From Paraspadella gotoi (Eukaryota > Animalia > Chaetognatha): a stretch of DNA of 64,000 bases. Position 1 is the stretch's first letter; every line of letters starts with the position of its first letter. The notes beneath the pieces are model-generated. The model was not told the origin of the DNA. It did no database searches and saw only the letters and a list, made by a program, of their open reading frames with translations. The stretch is taken from NCBI GenBank assembly GCA_051294375.1, contig CM119267.1, positions 7,606,683 to 7,670,682 of the forward strand, written 5' to 3'. Both the position numbers and the translations under genes were made by a program. Positions 1-15,472 of this stretch are shown here, piece by piece.

Positions 1-196
1 GTCGTAACGCGACGCACCAGAGAGGCCTTAGCTTGCTCATGAAGAGATATGTATATATTATATCTACCTCGACCCCACCCGCGATCTTAATGTATCTTGC
101 GTGGATAGAGTCGGGTCATTTAATAGAATTTTTTACGCCGGACTGATTATGTTATTAACTATCTCGTGCAAGTCCAAGAAAAAGCCTAACCCGCAC

Positions 197-624
197 CTTT
201 CTATTCCGCTCGAGATGCTTCCTGATCGAGACGGCCTTTTTGATCATGTGATATAGATCTTCGGGGATTTCCGAGGCGAGACCCTTGGCCTTGAGGATGC
301 GAAGAACCTTGGTGCCAGTGACGAACTTGACCTGGGCGACGCCGTGAGAGTCGCGAAGAATGACGCCTATCTGCGACGGCGTCAACCCCTTTTTGGCCAA
401 CTTGAAGATCTGTTCCTTGACATCGTCCGAAGACAGCTTGAGCCAGTTGGGCACGGAGCGCCTAGTTGGAGATTGAAAACGGGAATGTTGTTGCGAGATT
501 TCAGTTATTAGAAGAATTTTTAACAAGTTCTTTTTCACAAAACGTACACGTATATAAACCAGAATTACCTGTAAGGCAGAGCGCTCTGCGAAATACCTTT
601 TCCGGGAGCGTGCATACGACCCAT
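197..624 (-). CDS. RPS13: 40S ribosomal protein S13 (partial; 3' exon lies left of the window)
   Basis: Exon 1 [18 protein letters not shown] (ATG 624). Exon 2 [45 protein letters not shown]...[10 protein letters not shown], followed by a GT donor at about 196. Confidence 0.97.
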
Positions 625-2050
625 TTTAAAACTTTAAAAAATATATCTAAAAAGGAAAAGGAAATACTAAGATTGGATACGCTTAATATTTAAACAATTT
701 TAATGAACCCTACGGTTAGAAATTAACATTCCAACTGTCAATGTAATATATGGATAATTTAGTTGAAACGAAAAACGTCCAAGTTTATATTCCATTACAT
801 TTGACACAACTGAAGAATAGAACGCGGTCACCTGGGAGATTACAAATAAATAACGACAATAAGTAAACAAAGTTATATCACAACTAAAGGGGCAAGGGAT
901 GGAATGCATAAATTTATGAACAGACGGGTTGTCAACGACAATTTTCTTAGTACAATTCTTAGCCGATAAAAAATAAATACGCCTCCATTGTTATGTTTTT
1001 AAGCGAAGAAATTTTATTTACTACATTCACCGAGTTAAGAAATGAATGGGATATGGAAAATTAATTAAATAATCAGCGGTTATTAAAATAAAACTTTCTT
1101 CGTCTATATAACTAAACTCAAAAACAAACTTTGTCAATAAATACGTTAAGATTTAAATTTGACTAACGAGAAAAAGCGGGACTCGTTAGATGCAATTGAG
1201 AGATGAAGAAATTCAGAGTAATGAAGTTAAAATGGACTGTTTCCGTCAAAACCACCGTCAGAATAGCAAATTGTCACTGTATTGACTCGTAAATACATAA
1301 CGAAACCACCAATCAAATAAAACTTTTAGTGACGTTAATACGCGAATAACATGTAGAAGTGCTATAAGAGTAAACTGGAAAAACGAAGGGAATGGAATAT
1401 TGTGAGTATCAGTATTGCGAAAGAGTGGAGTAAATATGAACTGGAGGGAAGAATGACTCGAATCAACATGTAGAATCCTATGGACTAATAGGAAAGGAAC
1501 TTGTTCTCCGAGTAACATTAAAATGTTAAGAAATTATTTTATCGCGAGAAACACCAGAAAACGATATTCCTTGATTATGTTTCGCTGAAAGAGATCAGTA
1601 ATCGTCTATCAAGTTGGAAGATCAAGTTCAAAAGAATTTTATAATAAACTCGAAAATATAAATGAGCAATTTGTCCATGGTCTCTTTTAATATAACACAT
1701 GATAGCTATTATCAACTAAACTTATATACTATTTCATCAGAGAGCATAAACGTTTTCCTTGTAAAAAAAAATACCATGGCACACATACCTCTAGTTTTTT
1801 GACTAAACTATCGTCATTTATTTTCAGGTTCATTACCGAACCATTTTCGATGACTGTAACAAGTGAAGCTGACATTCTCTAAATGCCAGCAACTAGTAGG
1901 AAAAATGTTAGAAAGAAACCAAATTACGGGAGTAAGCGTGAATTGTTTATGGCACGTGATTGTGAAGAACGAGAAACGTGTCGAAAATGCGACCAAGTTT
2001 GTTTTTTTTTACACTAAGATTCGATGAGTTTTTTTTTAATTCGGAATCGT

Positions 2051-5000
2051 TCATGCGCTGTGTCGGTCTCTTTCGATGAGAAGCGAGACCTGCGGACCGC
2101 AAGACTTGAGAGAAGTAACGGCTTCTTCGTGTTGGACTTGATTAAAGTTTTTGCCGTTGACTTCGACTATTTTGTCGCCTGAAAAATAACAATATTATGT
2201 TTCTAAATTACAAAGCAATAGAAGAAAATGTTTATCAGAAAAAATTACCTGGTCTAAGAATGTTGTCGGCCGGACCGCCGGGTTGAATCTTCGTTACAAA
2301 TATTCCGGGATCGTTGGGCCTGAAAGGATTTCCCAGCGAACCCACTCCGCCTAAAAAAAAGTTCATGTTAACTTAATCTTTTAATTTCTAATTAAATTTA
2401 AACGAGATTAGGGCAAACATATATATATATATAATTAAAATAAAATACATATGTATATGTATCATAATCTTACCAGCGATGGAAAACCCGAGACCAGGAT
2501 TCTTTTTGATCATAACGTTAAAGAGTTGATACTTGTTGACGTGATCGTTAACGATGGTGGGCAGAGGCCCGACGGGCGCCAACCCATCAACGGCCGCCGT
2601 GTAGCCCGGCGGAAACGGACTGGCTGACGTCGGAGGGAACGAGAGGCGTTTCTGCGTCAAGGGCGAACCGCCGCAAGGAATCATGGAAGGGAGCCCAGAA
2701 GTTGAGACTGGCGTGGAAGACCTGGAAGGGAATGTACGTAAAAGTCATCGGGTAAATATAAAGATCAGCTTTAAATCTGGCTGGACTTTTCAATGATACC
2801 ACCTCGAAGGTCGGGATCCCGGAGTAGAAGCTCCTTCACGAGGGAATCCTGGGCTATACAAAGACTGAGTGCCGAGACGAGGAATCCGGGAACCGGGAAT
2901 CTCTAAGGGATGAGGACCTGGGAAGGTTTAGCATCAGTGAGTAGGTTCATACACTCGTCTCAGGAATAAGGCCAAAAGCGCCTAACCGGGAGGAATCATT
3001 GGCGTTCCCGTCCCCGTGCCATGAGGGTCGTAGACATGGTGGGAGTGAGCGTAACCTGTTCACGAGTCAGGTCAATTGAAACTTAAACTGACATTTTTCT
3101 GTATGCACTACTCGTTTATTTACGATCATGAGATGGCAAACTGACCAGAATCGGTCGATCCTGAGATTTGAGAGGGCGGGTAAAGCGCCGCGTGGCCCCA
3201 CGCGGGGTCGGGATCGGCGAATCCCTGGAGCAGGAAGCTTGAATCGACCGTTCGCGACCCCGGGTGGATGTTAGGAGGAAGCGGCTGAGGGATCATTCGC
3301 GCGTGAGATCTGTCGAGCAGCGTCGGCGGACCTCGGCCCGGCAGCAGACCCGGCAGCCCAACCAAGGGAGGGAGAGCGCCCGGCGGAAGAGTTCCGTAAC
3401 CATGCGGCGCCGCGTAGTCGAGGGCGGGATGAGGGAGGAATGGGTGATGATGATGAGGTTTCAACGAGGCGAAAAGCGTCTTGGAACCGTCGCCGTGGGG
3501 ACCTTAAATTTAGGTTAAAACAAAAAGCTGGATAATAATTAAGAAACAAAAAATTTTTAATTCNNNNNNNNNNAGGCGGACCGATATGACAATAAATTGT
3601 TTAAGATCACCAACCTGCGAGGTGATGGGCATGGTGCTGATGCGAAAAACCGCCAAGAGTGAGATCCGGAGGCGGAAAGTGAGATCCTGGAGGTAGACCC
3701 GGTAATCCCGGCAGATGGGCGGGAAGGTGATAAGGGGGCGGCGCCAAAGAGGGCGAGACCCCAGGAATGGGTGCGTGCGGCGGAATGAGATCGGGTTGAT
3801 GATGGGGTCCCAGCGGAATCTCGATGGTGCTCATCCTCATGAGATTGGCGGTCGCCGAACCGGGGGGCGGGGGCGTATGCGAACGCGTGGGGGGCATATG
3901 CACTTGATAGCCCGATTGAATGTATGCCTGAGAGAGATGATGACCTCCGGCCCAGCCCTGATGCGGGTCGTAGCCATCGATAATTCGTGGGGCGCCGCCC
4001 GAAGGGGCGCCGCCGCCGCTACCAACGACGACGCCACCACCACCACCACCAACTTTTGAAGCTTAAAATAATATAGAAATTATGATATAAAACTTTGCTT
4101 GGTTTCTGATCTGCCATTTTAACTCGTCTCACTTTTTGGAAAGAATGACTCGACCGACGGCGAAGATTTTAGTTTCGGCGTCGGAGCCGGGGGCGGCGTT
4201 GATTTTTGTCCGCTCATTTTATTCTGTCGCGAATCAAGTTCGATTAGAATGATACTTCGATAGATAAATTTAATAAACATATTCAAACTAACAATAAGAA
4301 TCTAATTGTTTTCCCCCCACCTGTAGATGCGCCAAAAACTGCTGGCGCCAATCAGACGGCGGAGTTCGTCCCAACGTCATGCTTTTTCTGGCGGCGCCGG
4401 CATCGGGCGTCGTGTGAAAGCCAGGCGTCATTCTTTGTGCAGGTGACCTCCCCGACACGCCCGTCGCTGCGTACTCGTCGTACAGCTTGTCCGGTCCGAT
4501 GACCTTTCCACCACCAACGGGATTCCTGTACGTTTCCTCCATCGTTTTGTTGTTGTACGGACTCCACGTGTACTGACGTGGTAGCGTCCGGCTATACGCC
4601 GCTTGTCGATAACCTAGGGTAAAGTTTGTTACGTGTTTCGACGCATTGATTGCGAAGTTCAAAAATTAAGAAACGTTAACGGAGGATTCAGATAGTTCAC
4701 CTTCAAGATCGCTCGTGTATCCGTCTCCAATGAATTTACGGGTTTTGCCGTCGCGAGGAGGAATCATTTCCCAATCTGAGGTGTACCCATCCCGGATATT
4801 GGCCAACTTGGCTTGACGGCGACGCCTGTTGAAGATGAAACTACCAATTCGGAAAGAGTTTCTTGATTTTAAAAATCAAAATTCAAATTGACCTGGATGC
4901 CGCCTCGTGATTCATTTCCTGATCGCTTTTGTAGCCAGGATCGCCATCACCCCTGTAGTCGTTGATGTTCCAGGCAGAGTTGGCTCCATAATTTGGCACA

Positions 5001-8000
5001 TTGATGCTCGCTCTTTTTTGCTGGAAAGTAAGAGACAAGCATAACATTAATAAAAAAGGACCAATCTCTCGATACTTATATGTAGATTACAATACAAGAA
5101 CATTAGAAAAAAATTCCATCGATGCACGGCTATAGTTTAATAAAAAAAATATTTTAAGCATAAAAATAATAAAATTAAAACAAATGAACTACCTGCATAA
5201 AATAATTGGCGTCTGCCTGAGACCATGTCCTGTAACCGGCGGCGCGTTCATCGCAGAAGGATTTGCTCTGCGGCATGGGACCCCGGAATCCAGTTTCCCT
5301 GGTCAGAGTGCGAGACATCATGGGCTCCACGGCGTAAGGCGAGGCGCCCTTTCCAGGATCCTGAAACAAGCCGCCCGGCTGGGAAATTGGTCGAGGGCGC
5401 GCCCGATTTCCGTAAGGATCGAGGCCGGAATCGTCGCGGGACGAGCGCTTGCTCATCGTCGGGCCTGAACGACGAAGGGAATGTTATAATTAATATAATT
5501 ATAATTAATGCAAATTATTGCAAAACGCGAAACTGACGAGCGATACCATACCCGCGGAAGGAGGTCGAGGAGGAAACACAGAAGCCGACGAAAGGTGAGG
5601 GAATTGAGATTGACTAGTTGTTGGAAGGGAAGACATTCGACTAACCATGTGTCCCTGCAAAAAAAGGAAACCATCGTGATGCCATCAGTCTCTTAAGGAC
5701 TAAGAATTATTAACTACCTGAACGGTGGCTGCCCCGGAGAAGGGCAGGTTCACTCCTTGTAGAGCCGCGAAGTGAGCTTTGGAGCTCCGGACCGGCTGCG
5801 CGTCGCCGGATTGTTGCTGCGGGTGCTGCTGCTGATGATGATGAGGAGGAAAGCCGGCGCCGACCCCGGGAGCGACGAGATTAGGCTGGGATAACGCAGA
5901 TAAGAGCGAGCCGCCAGAGGACGAGGGAGACTTGACGCGCTTCAATTTGGCGTCGACATCCTTGTCGCTCGCCAGCGACTCGCGGTGCAGCTGCTGATCT
6001 CTGAACTGCTGCTGCTGCAAACCGACTTGATGCAGCAGCGACATTTCGTCGTCGCTGGAAGCGCCGCTCGGAAAACCTCCGCTGCTCCGGTGACTGCGAC
6101 TGTGGGTGGGGGTGGTTTTTAATATTCAAACTTTATAAAGTGCATAATTCTCTAGCTCATTAGTCTTACCAAGAAGCCAGTCAAGTAGCCTTCAAAACAC
6201 TAGGTAAGTCATAAGTTAATTCTCCACTGAACTTACAGGGTAGTGAATCAAAACTTAGAATAGTATTTACCATCAGATTTTATAATTATTGAATGTCTTT
6301 TTATAATACACTAAAATAATCACTTATGTTTTTTCTTTCTGATATAGGTTTTATTTTCCTCATGCTTTTACAATACGCTGCGCTACTAAAAAGAATGCAA
6401 CATTGGTTGAATTTGCTCTGCGCCAGTAAAGAGCTTAAAAACACTACTAAATATGTTAATGTTCCCTAGCAGTATGTTATGAAATTCATTTAATAAATAA
6501 GCTATATTGCCCCTGACTTTGGACAGGCTTTGGTGGTTTAAGGCCTCCATCACTCTTACAAGATAATTACATAGCAGGTCCCTGCAAGCTTTCAATCAAG
6601 ACTCTCTCACAGTCCCGTTTATTCACTCCCAGAGTACCTGGCTTCCCTATCAATGAAGTGGAAAATATTTATATTATTTATATTATCAAGAAGGCTATTA
6701 AGAAAAGAAATAACTACTAATCTAAGTCGGGAAACCATGTTTCGACTCGTGCCTTTCGAGTCTGATAAAGATTCGAAAGGCAAGAGTCGAAACATGTCCG
6801 ACTTTTATTGTTAAAAAAAATCGTCGATAATGCCAATTAAAACTTTTGTTTTCCTTGATTAAGTTACAACGTTACCTGCTGCTGACACTGTCGCGGTTTT
6901 TGTCTCGCTTATCGATCTGATTTCCGCCGCCGCCTTTCAACAACGATAGATCCGACATTCTTGCCACGAGGGAATTCGCCACCGCCGTCGGGGTATTTTT
7001 GATGCCGCCTCCACCAACGGCGGCGGAAGAGGGCGGACCTACGAATAATTTCAAAGCCATGCCAAATAATATAACTTTCAACTTTTAATAGCGGCGGCAC
7101 TCTAAAATCGTCCGTAGAACCTTCCAGGCACCCCGCTTTCCTCCGCGATTACCTCTAGACTCGACTCCGACCGCCGCGGATGTCGCCGGCGACGCCATGT
7201 ACTTGTTGAGATCGGAAGCCTTGAGGCTCAGGCCCTTGGGTTTAGGCGGAGGAGGAGGAGGGCCGCCAACGATTGTCTGACCAGAAACTAGGCCCAACGT
7301 TGGCGTCGCGCTTTGACGATTTAAGGCTAAAAAAAGAGCCATGTATTACATTACATTAACTTTAATTTCCTCGTTTTATAGTACTCTTGCGTGGTGCCCG
7401 GGAAGAAAAACTCACCTCCGTCATTATCGCCCGTGGCCGACGAGTCGACGAGCATCGTCGAGGATCCCGCGCGACGAACTTCCGAAGAAGCGGAATCCGA
7501 AAAGGACGACCCGCGTCCGGAAGTAGAGTACACTGACGGCGGGTTCTTGGGACGTGGCGGCGGAACGCTCCCGTCAACGGAGGAAGTAGTTTGACCAGAT
7601 GACGACCATGCCTTTTGGTGCAACATTCCTTCGAGGGCGGAATCTGAAAAGGACAAATAGTAAAGACAAAGACCAAATAAAAAGGATCAATAAACTGACA
7701 GATCTCACCGTTGACGGCTGAGTCCGGACGAAAGTCCCCATTGGCCGAAACGTTGGTCAACAGTTGCGGTGGGGGAACGTGATGACTGAGAGAGCGGAGC
7801 GGCGAGGCCATCGAAGAAGATCGCGTCGAAGGTGGTCGCGAGGATCCTTGGACCGAATCACGGAAAGTCTTGGGCAGATCTGTACGGAAATAGAAAGATG
7901 TATGGGTCAAGGTAAAAAATTGTACATCGAAATAAGAGTACAAAAAAATAACTAATAAATAACTGACTAATAACTCATCCGTGCACCGATATCTAATTAA

Positions 8001-11000
8001 ACCCTTGTTGACAACGCAACGATTGTTTGATGAATCGAAATAATACGTATAATAATAATAACGTCCATAGCTCATTCCTCAAAACCCGTACCGACGCCGA
8101 TGCCGTCTCGAGAAGGCGCCTCCTTAGAATCCTTCGGTGTCGACGAGGATAAAGGAAGGAGCGCGGACGCCAGCGGTGGTGGCGGCGGCGGAAGGGGAGG
8201 GGACGGGGAATGGCGTAGGAGATGGGCCGATGGTTGCGGAGGAATGGGAGGTGGATTGGGCAAAGGACTGTAGGATGAGACTCTGTTGGCACCCGTCATG
8301 GACGAAGCGAGAGGGGGATAAGCGGCGGAAGTGGCGACGGAGCCGACAGCGCCGTTTTGACGAGTCACGTCGTGGCCGGCGTCGCCAAATCCGTTTATAT
8401 CCACCAAACTGAAAGAAAAAAGCGATAACCAAAGAAATTGACTCATTTTCAATTAAGTCATGAGTTCATCTCTTGAAAACGAGACACAGAAATCCAATCT
8501 TACCCGTGCATATTTCCGGCGTCGCGATTGGAAGAAGGAAGTTCCCCCGTAGAAGGAGACCTCGGGATTTCCGCGAGACCTTCGGGCGCCGGGCGGCGTC
8601 CAGCTTGTCGTTCTGGTGGAGCCTCATCGCCATTGGATTCAAGGCCCATCCCGAGTTCACCACCTGGGATTAAAAATTCAAGGCGAGGTGATTAGTTTTA
8701 AAAATTGGTTCACCTAAAAACCAGCGAAATATTACCGCTCTTTAACCCAATACCTTTTAAACTAGCGTTGCGGTTGTGTCGAGTTGGGGCGCGCGTTTCT
8801 TTCGGGAATGGAGTAGGAACTCGATTGAAGTTTGTTGGTTCACCATCCTAACGTGAACATAATGGGGTTTAATACATAGTACATATTACAAAATCTTTAA
8901 GATAATGATTTTCAAAATTAGTTTTATTACCGTTCCCTCGGTGGCGAACTTAATCTGTTGCCTCCGAGCGCGCTCCTCTTCCCATAATGACTGGTGAAAC
9001 GACTCAGCGTCGGCGTTGCTGCCACCTTGATCATCGTTGCCATCAATGGGCGGCTCTTCCGGTTGCTAATGAAAGAAAACAAACGATGTGACTGCAATTA
9101 TTTCGTCCCAACAACAAGAAACTTACCTGAGGAAAAAGGTAGCAGGTGAGCATCCTTTGTCCAGTACCAGGTGCAACGTCCGTTTGCAACGAAATCAAGG
9201 GCTTCGTTTGATTCTCCGAGATCCACAGGGCGGCGAGTGACTGTAGAAATAAAGAGTGTAATTAATCTTTTTTTTTTATTTGCTGGCAAACTGGCGAAAA
9301 AGCCAACCTTCAACTTGGTGAAAGAAAAAGGAAGATACCGAAGGCGATTGTCGCATAGATTCAAAACCGTCAACCGCGGCAAATGACCCAGCTCTTCGGG
9401 TAGAACTTCCAACTTGTTGCTGCAAAAGATTTAACATAGAAGTTATAATACAGTTGACAATCACGTGGAATGTATACAAGTTTTACCTTCGCAATGAAAG
9501 CAAGGTCAGTTGCAAACATGAACCGAGTTCTGGTGGAACTCCAGATAGAAAATTTTCATCTATGTTCAGCGACCTAAAAAAAATCCAAGGACCAAGACAT
9601 GTACTAATCTTAACCAATAATTTTAAGTGTTTTCCAGTTCTTGGTAATTCACCTCAGATGTCGCAGCAGCCCGATTGAAGGCGGAATCTCTTCCAAGTCG
9701 TTGGCCGAGAGGGTGAGTTCTTGAAGAGACAACATTCCTCCCATAGAAAACGGTAGTGAAACCAACTGGTTGTCATCGACTAGGAAAAAAATAAAAAATT
9801 TCTAAACTAGTTTGGACAGATTTATTCATTAAGAAACGCGAGTAAAATTTTGGTGAAAAAAAACCATTCGAACCTTTGAGTATTTTTAACAGATTGAGTC
9901 TTCCAATAGAATCCGGCAACTCTTGCAACAGATTCGTGGAAAGATAAAGGTGAGTTAGAGCGTTACAGCCGGCAATCTCAGGAGGAACCCATTGAATTCG
10001 ATTCTAGGAGGAAAAGATTGTACTTTAATTGGTTTTAATATCAGTACTATCAGTAGTCATCAGTAGTCTGTAATTCATAGCTATGTACATATACGCCGTA
10101 TTATATCGTAATTTTCCTGCGTGCACACATGACTAACCTTGGAAGCATCGAGAAAAGTGATATTTCTCAGTTTCCCAATTTCTGCCGGGAGAGCGGAAAT
10201 TTGATTGATGTCGCACCATAACTCCAAGAGGGAGCCCAATGTTCCAACAACTGCTCAAAAGAACATGCCAAGTTTAGCACCCATGTAAAATTTAGATAAG
10301 TGAATAAAGAACCCACCCTCGGGAATCTCAGTAAAGTCATTGTTTCCGATGTCCAATCTCTCCAACTCGACGAGACGCGACATCGATTTCGGCAAAGTCT
10401 TCAAGTGGTTTTCTCGAAGTTCTGAGGAGAGGAGATTTAATTGAATTTAAATCGCTCCGTTGTGGCAGAATATTCACACCGCCTCACGTCCACCATCGTT
10501 CAGCCAAATCCATTGGCTCAGAGGGGGAACACACCATCCCAGGCGTTGTGTTCCATCCACAGTCCTAACGACTTCCTTCTGTGTTGGCAAAGCGAGACCG
10601 TCCTAGGGTAACCGGGCCAGTGAGTGAAAGAGTCACTGAGGGTCGGAAGCCCCCAAAGCCAACAGTGAGATGCCCCATCCCAATGGGCATCACAGGCAAC
10701 CCGGCTGTTGCCATAAGGGTGAGCCCTACTATCGAACACGCAACCTTCTCAGGGTACGCTACGACAAACGCCTATGCCCTGCCGACTTCGGGTACGGTAC
10801 GACAAACGCCTATGCCCCCACAACTCGTGCTCTCTCTCCCACTATGTTAACAGTCTTGTCAGAAATCTCTCAGGCTTGAGGAACCTGAGTGATGACTATC
10901 CTCACAGGGGATCCTGTGGTGGTATATTCACACCGCCTCACATCCACCATCGTTCAGCCAAATCCATTGGCTCAGAGGGGGAACACACCATCCCAGGCGT

Positions 11001-12212
11001 TATGTTCCATCCACAGTCCTAACAACTTCCCTCTGCATTGGCAAAGCGAGACCGTTCTAGGGTAACCGCGCCAGTGACTGGAGGCATCACTGAGTGTCGA
11101 AAGCCCCCAAAGGCAACAGTGAGATGCCCCATCCCAAAGGGCATCACAGGCAACCCGGCTGTTGCCATTCCGTCTCATTTCGACAATCGCGATGATTCTC
11201 ACCCAATATTTTGAGCTTAGATAGACGGCCAAAGTTGGCGGGAAGGTATTCTAAGAAGGTATCGTTGAGATAGAGTTGAGTAAGGTTGAGTAGTTGCGTA
11301 AATCCGTCGGGTAACTTCCCCAACGGATTTACGGAGGCTTCCACGACGGACAAAGATTTGCAGCCTTTGATGGCGTCTGAATTTCGGAATGAGTGGAACG
11401 ATCAAGGATTAGGACGTTTGAAAATGTGTACAAATTTTCACTAACAGCAACGAAAATATTTTCAGAAAAACTATCCTCACCTGGAATGTCGAGAATGCCA
11501 TTTTTGGAGCAATCCAGCTCGATGAGGCCGACGAGAGATGCCAAGGCGGGAGGAATGCTCGTAAGTTCGTTGTCAGAGAGGCCGAGTTTTTTAAGGCTGT
11601 GACATACAAAGAGCGACCTGACAAGCAGAGGGGTAGAATACAGAATGAGAATAAGTTACCCTTACATGGAGATTTTAAATCAAACGCACGAACCGCAACC
11701 AAATTCGAAAAGATGTAGTGAGAAAAATGGGATAGAACACATTCGCATAAAAATTGAAAAAAAAAGGCGGGGAGGTTACAGATTACCTTTGAAGCTACTG
11801 ACAAAAAAAAATTTTTTTAGGGGAATGTAAAATTACTTTTACAATCGCATAATATTTATTTTAAAAGATTATTTTCATATACTAATTTATGCGCAACAAA
11901 CCTCGGTAATTCTCTAATTTGGTTTGAATCCAAATAGAGTTCCTCCAATGTCCTTTCATGATGAAAAACGGCGTCAGGAACAAAGTCCAAACTGTCAAAG
12001 AAAACCGATCGTTAAAAAAAGGACTTTCGTCCTAATATATAATTTCATAAGGCCGACAAGGTTCGTCTATACTACCTGCAATGCCGGAAGTCAAGAATGA
12101 AAACCTCGTCGTCGTCGGCGTTATTTCCCGTGCAGGTGCAGCGGTTAAGCAACTTATTCATCGCCACCTGCGCTCCGCCTGTTGACGGAATGACCGATGA
12201 CAAGTAATCCAT
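2051..12212 (-). CDS. LAP family protein (N-terminal LRRs, C-terminal PDZ; Erbin/Densin/Lap1-like), multi-exon
   Basis: LRR exons ([41 protein letters not shown]; [34 protein letters not shown]), a long low-complexity middle, and a terminal PDZ ([12 protein letters not shown]...[28 protein letters not shown]...HEEAVTSLK). The start could instead be the later in-frame [11 protein letters not shown] gap lies at 3564-3573. Confidence 0.9.
6724..6804. repeat. Intronic near-perfect palindrome containing a degenerate minimal hammerhead-like core (Penelope-type remnant)
   Basis: catgtttcgactc-gtgcctttcgagtc / tgataaa / gattcgaaaggca-agagtcgaaacatg. The right half reads CTGATAA-A, stem gattc/gagtc, GAAA-CATG-TC. 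Confidence 0.6.
10461..11169 (+). mobile_element. Non-autonomous miniature LTR retrotransposon (TRIM) with tRNA-like sequence in its LTRs, inside a LAP intron
   Basis: Two 255-bp direct repeats (10461-10715 and 10915-11169; about 21 mismatches by hand count) with TGTGG...TGCCAT(A/T) termini. The 199-bp internal region has no coding capacity. CCGT is duplicated on both flanks. Confidence 0.85.
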
Positions 12213-13074
12213 TTTTTAGTTCTTTTTAAGGTGATGCGATTATTGAGAAAACGAAGAGTCTATTTTTGAACACATTTTTTTTTAGATCCAGATTTCTCAG
12301 TAGTAATAATCGCGGGACGGTAGAAGCCGAAGCTGTTTTTCGTTTTACAGGGACGGTCAGATTTGCGTAGTTGGCAAGTAACGGCCGCACGATAAAAAGA
12401 GAAAGGGTTAATCGCCACCGCCGTCGCTGACACCGCTTCCGCCGCCGCCGTCCCTGACGTAGCGGCGAAACGAAGGTTCTTCGCCGCTGCGTCGGACTTG
12501 GTGGCGCGGCGGTAGGAGGCGAAGTGCCATCGCCGTCGAAGAGATGATTCTCGCCCAAAAGATAAAAAGTTCAGGAAAAATCGCGTATAATCATGGAGAT
12601 TATATATTTAGACGGTTGGCCAGTAGTCTTTCTAACAAAAATAAACTAATAATTACTGGATTGGGAAAAATAAAAATGGTTAAGGCGTGTCAACTCTTAA
12701 CACCCAAGTAAAAATTGTCGGGGAGGGAGGGTTTGCCAGTTCAAGGAATTAATGACGAAGAATAAAAAATAAAAAAAAATTCTATTGACTAGGATAAACT
12801 AAACCAATTTAAATTAAAACGTGAAAATTCAAACCCAAAGCGGCCAAAAAATATTACCATATTTATTACTAAGTCATCAAAATCACATCGCGCTTCTGTT
12901 AAAAAATAAAGCATGACATCAGAAGGAGCAACAAAAACATAACGTTTTAATGGCGCAGCAATACTGAAGAATTAGAGACAAAAACGAGGGAAGGAGATCT
13001 AAGCAGGGTCTTTGATTTGTCTTTTTTTCTATCTTTTAATAATTTACAGGTCTGAAGTTAGGGAACGAAAAAAT

Positions 13075-15472
<2,398 letters not shown>

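Noticed and set aside
6440-6650. Possible alternative or poison exon in a large LAP intron
   Set aside because: An AG at about 6650 would give a short in-frame stop, but there is no clear donor or other support.
10518-11232. Short ORFs in the duplicated intronic unit, and possible HDV, twister or hammerhead ribozyme or CRISPR-like repeats
   Set aside because: The ORFs are incidental to the LTRs. Catalytic core motifs could not be completed (no CUGANGA/GAAA pair, no HDV P3/L3, no twister UAA junction). There are only two internal repeats and the context is eukaryotic.
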